A stretch of 53,262 bases of DNA from an uncultured Gammaproteobacteria bacterium (GCA_913065025.1 CAJYAP010000004.1:1-53262); one strand, 5' to 3'. Numbered from the stretch's first letter, positions 20,959 to 30,382 are shown. Translations and numbers: made by a program. Notes: generated by a model not told the origin, from the letters alone.

Positions 20959-22056
20959 ATGACTCATTTTACAAATAAGAATAATAAAGAAATAAAAGCA
21001 TTTAATTTTATAGAAATGGACTTTAATATCTTAGATAATATTTCGACATCTATAATAATCACCAATAAATTTATGGAGATTGTTCATGTCAACGCTTCAG
21101 GCGAAAATTTTCTTAGTAATAGTAAAGCTAACCTAACAAATGTAAAAATTTCTGAGATTTTTGCAAAAAAAAATAATATTATTCTAAGCCAGGTTTATGA
21201 TGCTATTGCTTTAAATCAGTCATCGGTTTCTAGGGATATTGAGGTTTCTTTAAGGAATAAATCCAAGGAGAGGTTGGACTGCAATGTTCAGACTATTTTT
21301 GCAAATGAAGAAAAGTATGTCTTGCTTGAGATTAATACAGTTCAAAGGCAAAAAAATATAATAAATAATTCAGATTATATGGATAGAAGTAACGCAACTC
21401 AAATGATAACGAGATCTATAGCCCATGAGATAAAAAATCCATTAGGTGGCATAAAAGGTGCTGCACAGTTACTCGAAAATGAAATAAGTGAAGAACATAA
21501 AGATTACATAGAAATAATTATTAATGAAGTTGATAGATTAAAAAATTATATAGATAAAATGGTTGGCCCAAGAAATGAACCTGCTTTTAAATCTGTAAAT
21601 ATCCATTCAATAATTGAAAGAGTGCTACAAATATCTAGCGCCAAAATAAAAATAAAAAATACTTTCAAGAGGGACTTCGACCCTAGCATCCCAGATGTAA
21701 TTGTTGATGAAGATATGATAATCCAGTCTTTATTAAATATAGTAAAAAACGCTCAAGAAGCTATTACGACTAAAGGTGAAATTGAATTAAAAACAAGAGT
21801 TGAGAGAAATTATACTATAAATTCTATAAAGCATAAGTTGGTAGTCATAATAAGCGTTATTGATAGTGGTATTGGAGTTAGTGATGAAATTAAAAATAAA
21901 TTATTTTTACCTTTGGTAACTGATAAAACACAAGGTTCTGGTTTAGGACTTTCTATATCTCAAAGATTAGTATCTCTCAACAATGGGATAATCGTTTTTG
22001 AAGAATTCCAAAATAAAACAATATTTAAAATTATTTTACCTATTGAGAATCATTAA
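20959..22056 (+). CDS. ntrB: Nitrogen regulation sensor kinase (PAS + HisKA + HATPase); start may be 21016 (MDFNIL)
   Basis: AHEIKNPLGGIKGAAQLL H-box, FKRDFDPSIPD, QGSGLGL; glnA-ntrB-ntrC order. Confidence 0.95.
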   Translation: MTHFTNKNNKEIKAFNFIEMDFNILDNISTSIIITNKFMEIVHVNASGENFLSNSKANLTNVKISEIFAKKNNIILSQVYDAIALNQSSVSRDIEVSLRNKSKERLDCNVQTIFANEEKYVLLEINTVQRQKNIINNSDYMDRSNATQMITRSIAHEIKNPLGGIKGAAQLLENEISEEHKDYIEIIINEVDRLKNYIDKMVGPRNEPAFKSVNIHSIIERVLQISSAKIKIKNTFKRDFDPSIPDVIVDEDMIIQSLLNIVKNAQEAITTKGEIELKTRVERNYTINSIKHKLVVIISVIDSGIGVSDEIKNKLFLPLVTDKTQGSGLGLSISQRLVSLNNGIIVFEEFQNKTIFKIILPIENH

Positions 22057-22057
22057 T

Positions 22058-23455
22058 ATGGATAACTTAAAAAATATATTCGTTATAGACGATGATAAAT
22101 CAATAAGATGGGTCTTAGAAAAAGCTCTTACAAAAAAAGGTTTTAATGTTTTTTGTTATAAAACATCTGAAGATATGATTAATGCCTTAGAAGAGGTGGT
22201 GCCAAATGTTATTATTTCTGATGTAAGAATGCCGGGGCTTAGCGGAATTGATTTATTAGACAAAATTAAAAGAGAATACCCGTCTATACCTATAATTATA
22301 ATGACTGCATTTTCAGATATGGAAACTACTGTAGATTCTTTAAAAAAAGGGGCATATGACTTCGTAACCAAACCATTTGATATTAATGAAGTTACTGCTC
22401 TTATTGATAAAGCCCATAAAAATTCATTCAATAATAATTTTTCAGAAAAAATAGAACCGTCTAAAAATGTTAGTAAAATTATTGGTACTTCAGAGTCCAT
22501 GCAAACTATATATAAATCTATTGGAAAAATTGCTCAAACTGATATCGAGGTTTTAATACTTGGAGAAACCGGCACAGGTAAAGAGTTAATAGCCAAAGCA
22601 ATACATGATAATAGTGCTAGAAAAGATAAGCCTTTCATTGCCATTAATACTGGTGCAATACCAACTGAGCTTCTTGAATCAGAATTATTTGGGCATGAAA
22701 AAGGATCTTTTACAGGTGCTTATAATCAAAGAATTGGTAGATTTGAGCAAGCCTCAGATGGAACCTTGTTTTTAGATGAAATTGGAGATATGCCACTGGA
22801 TGTCCAAACAAGATTATTAAGAGTATTACAAGAAGGGGAATTCTTCAGAGTTGGTGGTTCAAAGTCAATTAAAGTAAAAACTAGAATCATCACCGCGACA
22901 CATAAAAATCTTAAATCGCTTGTGAATAAAGAAATTTTTAGAGAAGACCTTTTACATAGAATAAATGCCGTTAAAATTGAATTGCCAAATTTAAAAAACA
23001 GGAAGTCTGATATTATCAATTTAGCAGAGCACTTTATGCGATATTATTCTCAAGAATATAAATCCTCATTAAAAGTTCTAAATGACGATGTCAAAAAGGT
23101 TTTTCTAAAATATGATTGGCCAGGGAATATTAGAGAGCTACAAAACGTATGTAAGTATCTTTCCGTAATGTCCGTAAATTCAGATGTAGTAGTTGCAGAT
23201 TTACCAAGGGAATTAGTGAATGAAGGAATAGATTCTAATATCAATATAAATTGGGAAGAGGTATTCGAATCATGGATTCTTAGTGAGTTTAATAAAGATT
23301 CTAAAGATATTTCAAAAAATATTGATAGTATTTATGAATCTATACTTATTAAGTCTGCATTAACGTTATCTGAGGGAAATAAAACGGAAGCAGCGAGAAT
23401 ATTAGGTTGGGGAAGAAATACGATATCAAATAAAATGAAATCTATTGAGAAATAA
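22058..23455 (+). CDS. ntrC: Nitrogen regulation response regulator, sigma54 activator
   Basis: SDVRMPG receiver, GETGTGKE, ELFGHEKGSFTGA, WPGNIRELQN, AARILGWGRNT HTH. Start moved to MDNL at 22058. Confidence 0.96.
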   Translation: MDNLKNIFVIDDDKSIRWVLEKALTKKGFNVFCYKTSEDMINALEEVVPNVIISDVRMPGLSGIDLLDKIKREYPSIPIIIMTAFSDMETTVDSLKKGAYDFVTKPFDINEVTALIDKAHKNSFNNNFSEKIEPSKNVSKIIGTSESMQTIYKSIGKIAQTDIEVLILGETGTGKELIAKAIHDNSARKDKPFIAINTGAIPTELLESELFGHEKGSFTGAYNQRIGRFEQASDGTLFLDEIGDMPLDVQTRLLRVLQEGEFFRVGGSKSIKVKTRIITATHKNLKSLVNKEIFREDLLHRINAVKIELPNLKNRKSDIINLAEHFMRYYSQEYKSSLKVLNDDVKKVFLKYDWPGNIRELQNVCKYLSVMSVNSDVVVADLPRELVNEGIDSNININWEEVFESWILSEFNKDSKDISKNIDSIYESILIKSALTLSEGNKTEAARILGWGRNTISNKMKSIEK

Positions 23456-23463
23456 AATAGAGA

Positions 23464-24516
23464 TTATTTACAATCTACACCAATTGCTTCTGATATGTTT
23501 TTATAACCGCTCTTCTTAATCAAAATACTTAACTCTTTGTTAATTTTGTCTGCTACATAAGGGCCTTCGTAAACTAATGATGTGTATAGTTGTAATAAAG
23601 ATGCCCCAGATTTAATTTTTTCAAAAGCTGTAGAACCATTATTTATTCCACCAGCGCCTATTATTGGGATATTTCTACCTAAGCGCAGATAAAATTTCTT
23701 TATAACTTTATTAGATATGTCATTTAAAGGCTCCCCTGAAAGACCGCCTCTTTCAACTCTGTATTTACTAACTAAATTATTTTTATTACTTGTAGTTGTA
23801 TTAGTTAATATTACACCGTCAATAGATTTTTCTATAAAAATATCACATAGATTTTTTATTTCTTTGTCATCGATATCTGGTGATATTTTAAATAAAATCG
23901 GAACTTTGGAATTATGCTCTCTACTTCTTTTTTTTATCATATCTATTAACCGAATAATTTTCTCATCTTCATGCTGCATCCGCAAATTCGGTGTATTTGG
24001 AGATGAGATATTAATTGTTATATATGATGCTAACTCAGAAAATTGATCAAAACATAATAAATAATCATCTGACTTAGTCGCATTATCTTTATTAGGCCCA
24101 ATATTTATCCCGCAAATTCCTTTTGGTGGGTTATTTTTTATTCTTTCCTTTATTATTTTCATGCCTTCATTAGGAAAACCCAATCTGTTAATTATTGCTT
24201 TATCATCTATCAACCTAAATACTCTTGGTTTTGGATTTCCTTCTTGAGGTTTAGGAGTTATTGTCCCTACTTCTGTAAAACCAAAACCTAATTTATAAAC
24301 TTGATTGTAGACTTCTGCATTTTTATCAAACCCAGCAGCTAAACCTATAGGACTCTTAAAGTCTAAGTTAAATATTTTTTGTGATAAATTTTCATATGAA
24401 CTATTCGAAAATAAATTTAACCTTATAGAGTATTTTTTTATATATGATATTGCTAATTTATGAGCTAGCTCAGAATCAGTTCTGTTTAAAAAAAATTTAA
24501 ATATTCTATATAGCAT
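23464..24516 (-). CDS. pyrD: Dihydroorotate dehydrogenase (quinone, class 2)
   Basis: GLAAGFDKN, EVGTITPKPQ.GNPKPR, NISSPNTPNLR, KISPD, GGLSG. Confidence 0.96.
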   Translation of the reverse strand: MLYRIFKFFLNRTDSELAHKLAISYIKKYSIRLNLFSNSSYENLSQKIFNLDFKSPIGLAAGFDKNAEVYNQVYKLGFGFTEVGTITPKPQEGNPKPRVFRLIDDKAIINRLGFPNEGMKIIKERIKNNPPKGICGINIGPNKDNATKSDDYLLCFDQFSELASYITINISSPNTPNLRMQHEDEKIIRLIDMIKKRSREHNSKVPILFKISPDIDDKEIKNLCDIFIEKSIDGVILTNTTTSNKNNLVSKYRVERGGLSGEPLNDISNKVIKKFYLRLGRNIPIIGAGGINNGSTAFEKIKSGASLLQLYTSLVYEGPYVADKINKELSILIKKSGYKNISEAIGVDCK

Positions 24517-24551
24517 CTTATGCGCTTGATTTAATTTTAATATTTGCGAAA

Positions 24552-25511
24552 TTAAACAAATTCTTTTTTTTGTTCTCTTATTAGTAAATCGCTAACTGCT
24601 TTTTCAGGATTTAAACCTTTATTTATTATATCAAAAACCTTACTGCAAATAGGTAAGTTTAATGCGTATTTTTTAATTAAGATATTTAGTCCCTCAGATG
24701 CATAAATCCCTTCAACGACATTTCCTATCTTTTTTTCCGCATCAGGTACTGATAGACCTTTTGCTATTTCTAAACCAAACCTTCTATTTCTCGATAAATT
24801 ATCGTTGGATGTCAACACAAGATCTCCTAAACCACTTAATCCATAGATAGTTTTTTCGTCACATTTCAATATTTCACCAAGAATTTTAATCTCAACCATT
24901 CCTCTAGAAATTAATGCTGCTTTAGCATTTGCTCCTAAATCAAGACCATCAGATATTCCAACTGCAACTGATAGTATATTTTTCATGGCACCCCCTAATT
25001 GACATCCAATCATATCATTTGAAGCATACACCCTAAAATATTTACTATGAAACATTTCTGTAAAAATTTTTAATACACTGTCATTTTCTGAAGCAATTGT
25101 TACAGCAGTAGGTTTATTTTGCATAACCTCTGCTGCAAAAGATGGGCCCGATAGAACTGCGACATTTTCTGAAGGTGTATACTGGCTTATTATTTGTGAC
25201 GGAAATAAACCTAATTTTGAATCTATTCCTTTGCAAGCTAAAATAATTGGCTCGTGATAATTATTATTTTTTACTAATTCTCCAATATCAACTAACGACT
25301 TTACCGGCGTAGCGATTACAATTGGAGAATCATGACTGAAAATATCTGTTTTGTCGTTTGTTTGCAGAATATTTTTACTATTAAATTTGTATTTTTTATC
25401 TTCAGGATTTCTAGAATAGATTAGAACTTTTTTCTTGTTAATTGAAAGAGTGTGGGCAAGTGCTTTACCCCATGAGCCGGAGCCTACAATTGCTACATCA
25501 AAAGATGACAT
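24552..25511 (-). CDS. gpsA: Glycerol-3-phosphate dehydrogenase (NAD(P)+)
   Basis: GSGSWG, ACKG, LSGPSFA, GGAMKN, GLGDLVLT, SRNRRFG. Confidence 0.96.
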   Translation of the reverse strand: MSSFDVAIVGSGSWGKALAHTLSINKKKVLIYSRNPEDKKYKFNSKNILQTNDKTDIFSHDSPIVIATPVKSLVDIGELVKNNNYHEPIILACKGIDSKLGLFPSQIISQYTPSENVAVLSGPSFAAEVMQNKPTAVTIASENDSVLKIFTEMFHSKYFRVYASNDMIGCQLGGAMKNILSVAVGISDGLDLGANAKAALISRGMVEIKILGEILKCDEKTIYGLSGLGDLVLTSNDNLSRNRRFGLEIAKGLSVPDAEKKIGNVVEGIYASEGLNILIKKYALNLPICSKVFDIINKGLNPEKAVSDLLIREQKKEFV

Positions 25512-25537
25512 GTATATTTTGTTGCATCATTATATTT

Positions 25538-25786
25538 TTATTCATTACTATCAAGACCTCCCTCCATATCTAATTCAACTAAATCATCATATCCACCAAC
25601 ATGCTTGTCATCTATAAAAATCTGAGGCACTGATTGTCGTCCATTAGATAATTCTAGCATCTGCTGAAACATTTCATTGTTTTCATCAACTTTGTATTCA
25701 ATATAATCAATCTTTCTTTTTTCTAAGAGCATTTTTGCTCTAACACAGTATGGACATATTCTTGTTGAGTATACTATTGCTTTCAT
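25538..25786 (-). CDS. grxC: Glutaredoxin 3
   Basis: CPYC, SVPQIFI, GGYDDL. Confidence 0.95.
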   Translation of the reverse strand: MKAIVYSTRICPYCVRAKMLLEKRKIDYIEYKVDENNEMFQQMLELSNGRQSVPQIFIDDKHVGGYDDLVELDMEGGLDSNE

Positions 25787-25788
25787 AT

Positions 25789-26211
25789 TTAATTTTTAAC
25801 AATGGGAAGATTATCTGAAATCCAAGCTTCAAAACCTCCCTTCATAGAGTAAACTTCACTGAAATTATTTTTGGTTAGTATATTTGATATTGTTGCTGAC
25901 TTAATACCTGTTTTACAATAAACAATTGTTGGCTTGTTAGCATATTTTTTAATAGAATCTAGACTGCTTTCAACTGATGAAAAAGTAATATGTTTTGAAT
26001 TTTTTATTATACCTTTGGTCAGCTCTGTGCTCTCTCTTACATCAAGAATAAATGCATCATTATTAATTAAGAAAACTGCATCCTGTGGTGTAATATCTTT
26101 AAATTTTTGAGTTATCGTTTTATATTCATTAAAGATGATGAATGACAAAATGACAAAAAATAAAATAAATAAAACTGGATTATTTAAAATAAAATTGTAA
26201 TAGGCGTCCAT
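25789..26211 (-). CDS. Membrane-anchored rhodanese (YibN-like)
   Basis: N-terminal TM, ILDVRE, IVYCKTG active-site Cys, MKGGFEAW. Confidence 0.88.
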   Translation of the reverse strand: MDAYYNFILNNPVLFILFFVILSFIIFNEYKTITQKFKDITPQDAVFLINNDAFILDVRESTELTKGIIKNSKHITFSSVESSLDSIKKYANKPTIVYCKTGIKSATISNILTKNNFSEVYSMKGGFEAWISDNLPIVKN

Positions 26212-26226
26212 AGTAATTTTTTTCTT

Positions 26227-26556
26227 TTACTTCCCTGAAGAACAAAAAACTTCTCTCATCATTTCTAATAACTTTAAAGTTCTTTCGTCACTAACTCTAT
26301 AGAATACTTTATTGGCTTCTTTTCTAGTTTCTAATACACCTTTATCTTTTAGTATGCCAAGGTGCTGAGAAATATTGCTTTGAGACGTTCCAACTGTATC
26401 AACGATATCCTGAACACTAAATTCAGAATCACCTAAAATACATAATATTTTTAGTCTTAAAGGATGTGACATGGCTTTTATAGAACGCGAGGCTCTTTCT
26501 ATGTCTTCCTGTGTTACATCACTGTGGTCTACTGGTTGCCCTGCGACTTCTGCCAT
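26227..26556 (-). CDS. ArsR/SmtB repressor, BigR/SqrR/YgaV-like
   Basis: HPLRLKILCIL, SQSNISQHL HTH, EVFCS; two-Cys pattern. Confidence 0.88.
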   Translation of the reverse strand: MAEVAGQPVDHSDVTQEDIERASRSIKAMSHPLRLKILCILGDSEFSVQDIVDTVGTSQSNISQHLGILKDKGVLETRKEANKVFYRVSDERTLKLLEMMREVFCSSGK

Positions 26557-26640
26557 AAAACTTTCCTCTTATATATTCTTGTTATTATAAACTTTAATTT
26601 ATAGTATCATTTAATCTCATGTTACCAATCAATATTAGAT

Positions 26641-27786
26641 ATGTCTAATAAATTAATTTTATTGATTTTAATGACTTATACGGGTTTTTTTACCTCTTTA
26701 GCGAGCTTTGCTGAAGACAATGAAGCTCAAAATAAATTAAAAATTATTAAAAAAAATATTGTTTCAGAAAATCAAAAAAAACGGGACCTTATAAAATATT
26801 TAGATAATGTCACTAAAGATATTAAAATTACTGACATCAAAATTAATGAAATAGAAAAAAAAATAATAAATATAAATGATAAGAAGTCTAGCTTAAGAGT
26901 AGATTTAGATAAAATAAAGAAAAAAATACAACAAATTAAAAGAAATAAAGATAATTCTAACAAATTACTAAAAAAAATTATTTATGAAGAATATTCAACA
27001 GATATAAATAATCCAATTTATCAAATCTTAAATTCAAAAAGTAAGGATGTATTTATAGATATTGAAATATCTAAATATATAAGAAAATCTAATAAGGACA
27101 AACTAGATCTCTTCGAAATTCATGAAAATATTAAAATTGCAAAGGCAAATCTTTATAATAAAAAAATAACAGAATTAAGTAATCTAAATAATGACTTAAA
27201 AAGACAGCTATCATTATTAAAAACTTTGGAAAAAGATAATTTTTTACTTTCACAAAAAATTAAAAACAAAATAAAGAATAGTGAACTTGCATACCTTAAC
27301 TATATTAATATAGAAAAAGATCTTTTGAAGCTGCTTGGTGACAGTAGTAATTATTCTAAGAATTCTCAAATATTAAAAATTAAAGGTACTTTGCCTTGGC
27401 CTGTTAATGGGAATATTACTAATAATTTTAATAAATATAAGATTAAAAATCTTCATCGATGGAATGGCGAAACTATATCAACAGGTTCAAGTGATATAAT
27501 AAGATCCATTTACCCTGGTGAAGTAGTTTTTTCTGACTGGATAAAAGGCTACGGATTAATGATAATAATTGATCACGGAGAAAAACTTATGTCATTATAT
27601 GCTCATAATAAGGTTTTATTAAAAAATAAAGGTGACGTTGTTCGTAAAGGTGAAATAATTTCGAAAAGTGGGTTGAGTGGAGGTAAAACAGAAAATTCTT
27701 TATATTTTGAGATTAGAAAGAATGGCATACCTCAAAATCCCCATGATTGGTGCAATATTAAGAACAAATTTAGTTTGGCTCAATGA
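26641..27786 (+). CDS. envC: Murein hydrolase activator EnvC-like (coiled coil + degenerate M23)
   Basis: Signal peptide, long coiled coil, LPWPVNG, GYGLMIIIDHG, SLYAHN, LYFEIR; precedes ctpA. Confidence 0.8.
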   Translation: MSNKLILLILMTYTGFFTSLASFAEDNEAQNKLKIIKKNIVSENQKKRDLIKYLDNVTKDIKITDIKINEIEKKIININDKKSSLRVDLDKIKKKIQQIKRNKDNSNKLLKKIIYEEYSTDINNPIYQILNSKSKDVFIDIEISKYIRKSNKDKLDLFEIHENIKIAKANLYNKKITELSNLNNDLKRQLSLLKTLEKDNFLLSQKIKNKIKNSELAYLNYINIEKDLLKLLGDSSNYSKNSQILKIKGTLPWPVNGNITNNFNKYKIKNLHRWNGETISTGSSDIIRSIYPGEVVFSDWIKGYGLMIIIDHGEKLMSLYAHNKVLLKNKGDVVRKGEIISKSGLSGGKTENSLYFEIRKNGIPQNPHDWCNIKNKFSLAQ

Positions 27787-27809
27787 TGAAATTCTAATAC
27801 TATAGTGAT

Positions 27810-29111
27810 ATGAAAGTTTTCAAATACAAAAATGTTTTAATTATATTCGCATTAACATTTGCTATTATTACTATGTTTTACTTCAAAAATAGTAGTAGCG
27901 CTTATGCATCCAAAACAAGTCTTCCTCTTAATCAATTGCAAGCTTTCTCTGAGGTATATTTGAAAATAAAACAAAATTATGTTCAAGATATAACTGATAA
28001 GGAGTTATTTGATAACGCAATTAAAGGAATGCTTGAGGGTCTTGACCCGCATTCAACTTTTTTAAATGAAAAAGATTTTAAAGATCTTCAAATAGGAACC
28101 AAAGGTGAATTTGGAGGCTTGGGCATAGAAGTAACAATGGAAGATGGTTTTGTTAAAGTTATAACGCCGATTGATGATACTCCAGCCTATAAAGCTGGTG
28201 TTAAATCTGGAGACCTAATAATAGAGATAGACGCAAAGCCAGTTAAAGGGTTATCTCTTAATCAGGCTGTAGATTTAATGAGAGGAAAAGTTGGTAGCCC
28301 AATTTTGCTAACAATTGCAAGAACAGGGGAAAATGGACCGATAGAAATTAAAATCGTCAGAGCTAAAATTAAGGTTAAAAGTGTAAAATATGAGATTATT
28401 GATGATAATTATGGATATATAAGAATTTCTAGCTTTCAAAATAAAACTGGGAATAATTTATATGACGCAATATCTAATTTAAAAAAGGATGCAAAAGGGA
28501 ACATAAAAGGTTTCGTAATAGATATGAGAAACAACCCTGGTGGAGTTCTTGGTGCAGCAGTTGATGTAAGTGATGCTTTTATAAAAGGTAAGAAGAAACT
28601 AGTTTTTACTAAAGGGAAAACTGAAAATGCAGTATATGAATTCACTTCAAATAATACTGATCTAGCTGAAGGGAAACCCATAGTTGTATTAATAAATGGT
28701 GGCTCAGCTTCAGCATCTGAAATTGTGGCAGGTGCTTTACAAGATCATAAAAGAGCAATAATTATGGGAACGCAGTCTTTTGGAAAAGGGTCTGTTCAAA
28801 CTATATTGCCGATTACATCTAAAACTGCAGTAAAAATAACTACAGCTAGATATTACACTCCTAACGGAAGATCTATTCAAGCTAAAGGTATTACACCAGA
28901 TATCATTGTGAAAGATTTAGAATTGAGCTCACTAAATAAGAATAAAATGATAAAAGAGTCTGACTTAAAGGGCCACTTAAAAAATACAGATAAGAAAAAT
29001 AAAGACGGTGAGCCGCAAGCTCAGAATAAAAAACTCGAAAATGACTACCAATTATCAGAGGCTATAAATCTATTAAAAGGCTTAAATATATTGTCTTTAC
29101 GAAAAAAATAA
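27810..29111 (+). CDS. ctpA: Carboxy-terminal processing protease (S41)
   Basis: LDPHS, GLGIEV PDZ, DMRNNPGG, SASASEIV, QSFGKGSVQ, TTARYYTP. Confidence 0.93.
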   Translation: MKVFKYKNVLIIFALTFAIITMFYFKNSSSAYASKTSLPLNQLQAFSEVYLKIKQNYVQDITDKELFDNAIKGMLEGLDPHSTFLNEKDFKDLQIGTKGEFGGLGIEVTMEDGFVKVITPIDDTPAYKAGVKSGDLIIEIDAKPVKGLSLNQAVDLMRGKVGSPILLTIARTGENGPIEIKIVRAKIKVKSVKYEIIDDNYGYIRISSFQNKTGNNLYDAISNLKKDAKGNIKGFVIDMRNNPGGVLGAAVDVSDAFIKGKKKLVFTKGKTENAVYEFTSNNTDLAEGKPIVVLINGGSASASEIVAGALQDHKRAIIMGTQSFGKGSVQTILPITSKTAVKITTARYYTPNGRSIQAKGITPDIIVKDLELSSLNKNKMIKESDLKGHLKNTDKKNKDGEPQAQNKKLENDYQLSEAINLLKGLNILSLRKK

Positions 29112-29146
29112 ATTAAATCAATAATTTATTAATCTTAAAATTAATC

Positions 29147-29182
29147 TTGAGTGTTGAAGAAACCGTTGTATAATAACGCGCC
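29147..29182 (+). promoter_or_regulatory. Putative sigma70 promoter of dksA with Zur-like box and GC-rich discriminator
   Basis: TTGAGT-16 nt-TATAAT; CGTTGT-ATA-ATAACG near-palindrome at 29164-29178; ACGCGCC after the -10. Confidence 0.5.
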
Positions 29183-29233
29183 TAACTATTTAGTATTCAT
29201 ATTGGTTTAATATTTATATAGGATAATTGATTA

Positions 29234-29644
29234 ATGAAATACACTGAAGCAAAAATAAAAAAAGCAGCTGCAAGCCGCTATATGAATGACGATCAACTTG
29301 AATTTTTTAAAGAACGTTTAATTAATATGAAAATTGAATTGAGGAAGCATTTAGAAAACGAAAGATCTGAATTGTCTCAACAATCGAGAGAGTGCGATGA
29401 TTTAGATAGAGCTCAAATTGAAGAAGAAATTCATTTAAGGCTGAGAATACTCGATAGGGAATCTAAACTTCTTCCTAAAATAGATGAAGCAATTTTACGA
29501 ATTAATGATGGAAGTTATGGTTATTGTATAAATACCGGAGAAGCAATAGGTATAGAAAGATTGCTTGTTAGGCCAACTGCTTTATTTTGTGCAGAAGAGA
29601 AAAGCAGACAAGAAAGAATTGAAAAGGCATACAGGGATACTTAA
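29234..29644 (+). CDS. dksA: DksA, two-Cys (zinc-independent, DksA2-like) form
   Basis: YMNDDQLEFFK, DDLDRA coiled-coil tip, YGYCINTGEAIG..RPTALFCAEE. Confidence 0.9.
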   Translation: MKYTEAKIKKAAASRYMNDDQLEFFKERLINMKIELRKHLENERSELSQQSRECDDLDRAQIEEEIHLRLRILDRESKLLPKIDEAILRINDGSYGYCINTGEAIGIERLLVRPTALFCAEEKSRQERIEKAYRDT

Positions 29645-29668
29645 TAAATCCCTGCATACTCGACAGAA

Positions 29669-30124
29669 TTATTTTATATTTTTGTTAAATAAATCAGACA
29701 TTCTTGTCTTAACATTTGGCATCATAACTGTTCCTTCAAACCTCTCTATTGCCTTTGCCATTTCAACTTTATTACTTGAATCTGATACTTGAATTAACCC
29801 TGCCATAGCCATCATCGCATGAGGTGTGCATTTATATAAATATATACCGTTAACATCAAATTTAACTGTTGTTGAAGGCTTATATTTTGTATCAAAAGGG
29901 CTGCTACCTGAAGGTCCAGCAACTGTGACAGCATTATGACCAGCGTCAGTCATTTCAAAAGTGATACTATCTCCAGTATTTATTTTTATAAACGCTGGTT
30001 CAAAAACCATTGATCCTGTAGTTCCATTATTCAACATTTTTACTACATGATTTTCAGAAGCATGCACTACGTTACTAAATAAAATTATAGTTATTAAGCT
30101 AAAAAGCTTTGCAAGTTTACTCAT
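29669..30124 (-). CDS. Pseudoazurin-like type 1 blue copper protein, exported
   Basis: Signal peptide, VKMLN, MVFEPAFIKI, GHN, YKCTPH.MM.M copper ligands. Confidence 0.88.
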   Translation of the reverse strand: MSKLAKLFSLITIILFSNVVHASENHVVKMLNNGTTGSMVFEPAFIKINTGDSITFEMTDAGHNAVTVAGPSGSSPFDTKYKPSTTVKFDVNGIYLYKCTPHAMMAMAGLIQVSDSSNKVEMAKAIERFEGTVMMPNVKTRMSDLFNKNIK

Positions 30125-30200
30125 ATTAATTTCCTTATTGTTTGAATATTTATCATAAAGTATTATACTCTAATATATTAGAAAATACTCATATAGATTA

Positions 30201-30380
30201 ATGAACAAAACCTTAATTGAAAAGAACAAAGAAAATGCCAAAAATGCTTTAGCAGAAGCTAGAGAGCGAAAAAGGCAAGAAGTTGCTGTTTTAAGAGCGA
30301 AAGAGAAAAACGGACCAAAAGGTCTAGAACCGACGAGATACGGAGATTGGGAAAGGAAAGGTATAACTTACGATTTTTAA
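30201..30380 (+). CDS. DUF1674 / SDHAF4-like small protein, 59 aa, not in ORF track
   Basis: Hand translation ends GPKGLEPTRYGDWERKGITYDF, the family signature. Confidence 0.9.
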   Translation: MNKTLIEKNKENAKNALAEARERKRQEVAVLRAKEKNGPKGLEPTRYGDWERKGITYDF

Positions 30381-30382
30381 TT

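Noticed and set aside
21998-22057. Longer N-terminus for ntrC (similarly 48849 for gpgS and 9159 for coaBC)
   Set aside because: The extensions overlap the upstream gene; homology begins at the downstream Met, and gpgS has a clear SD there
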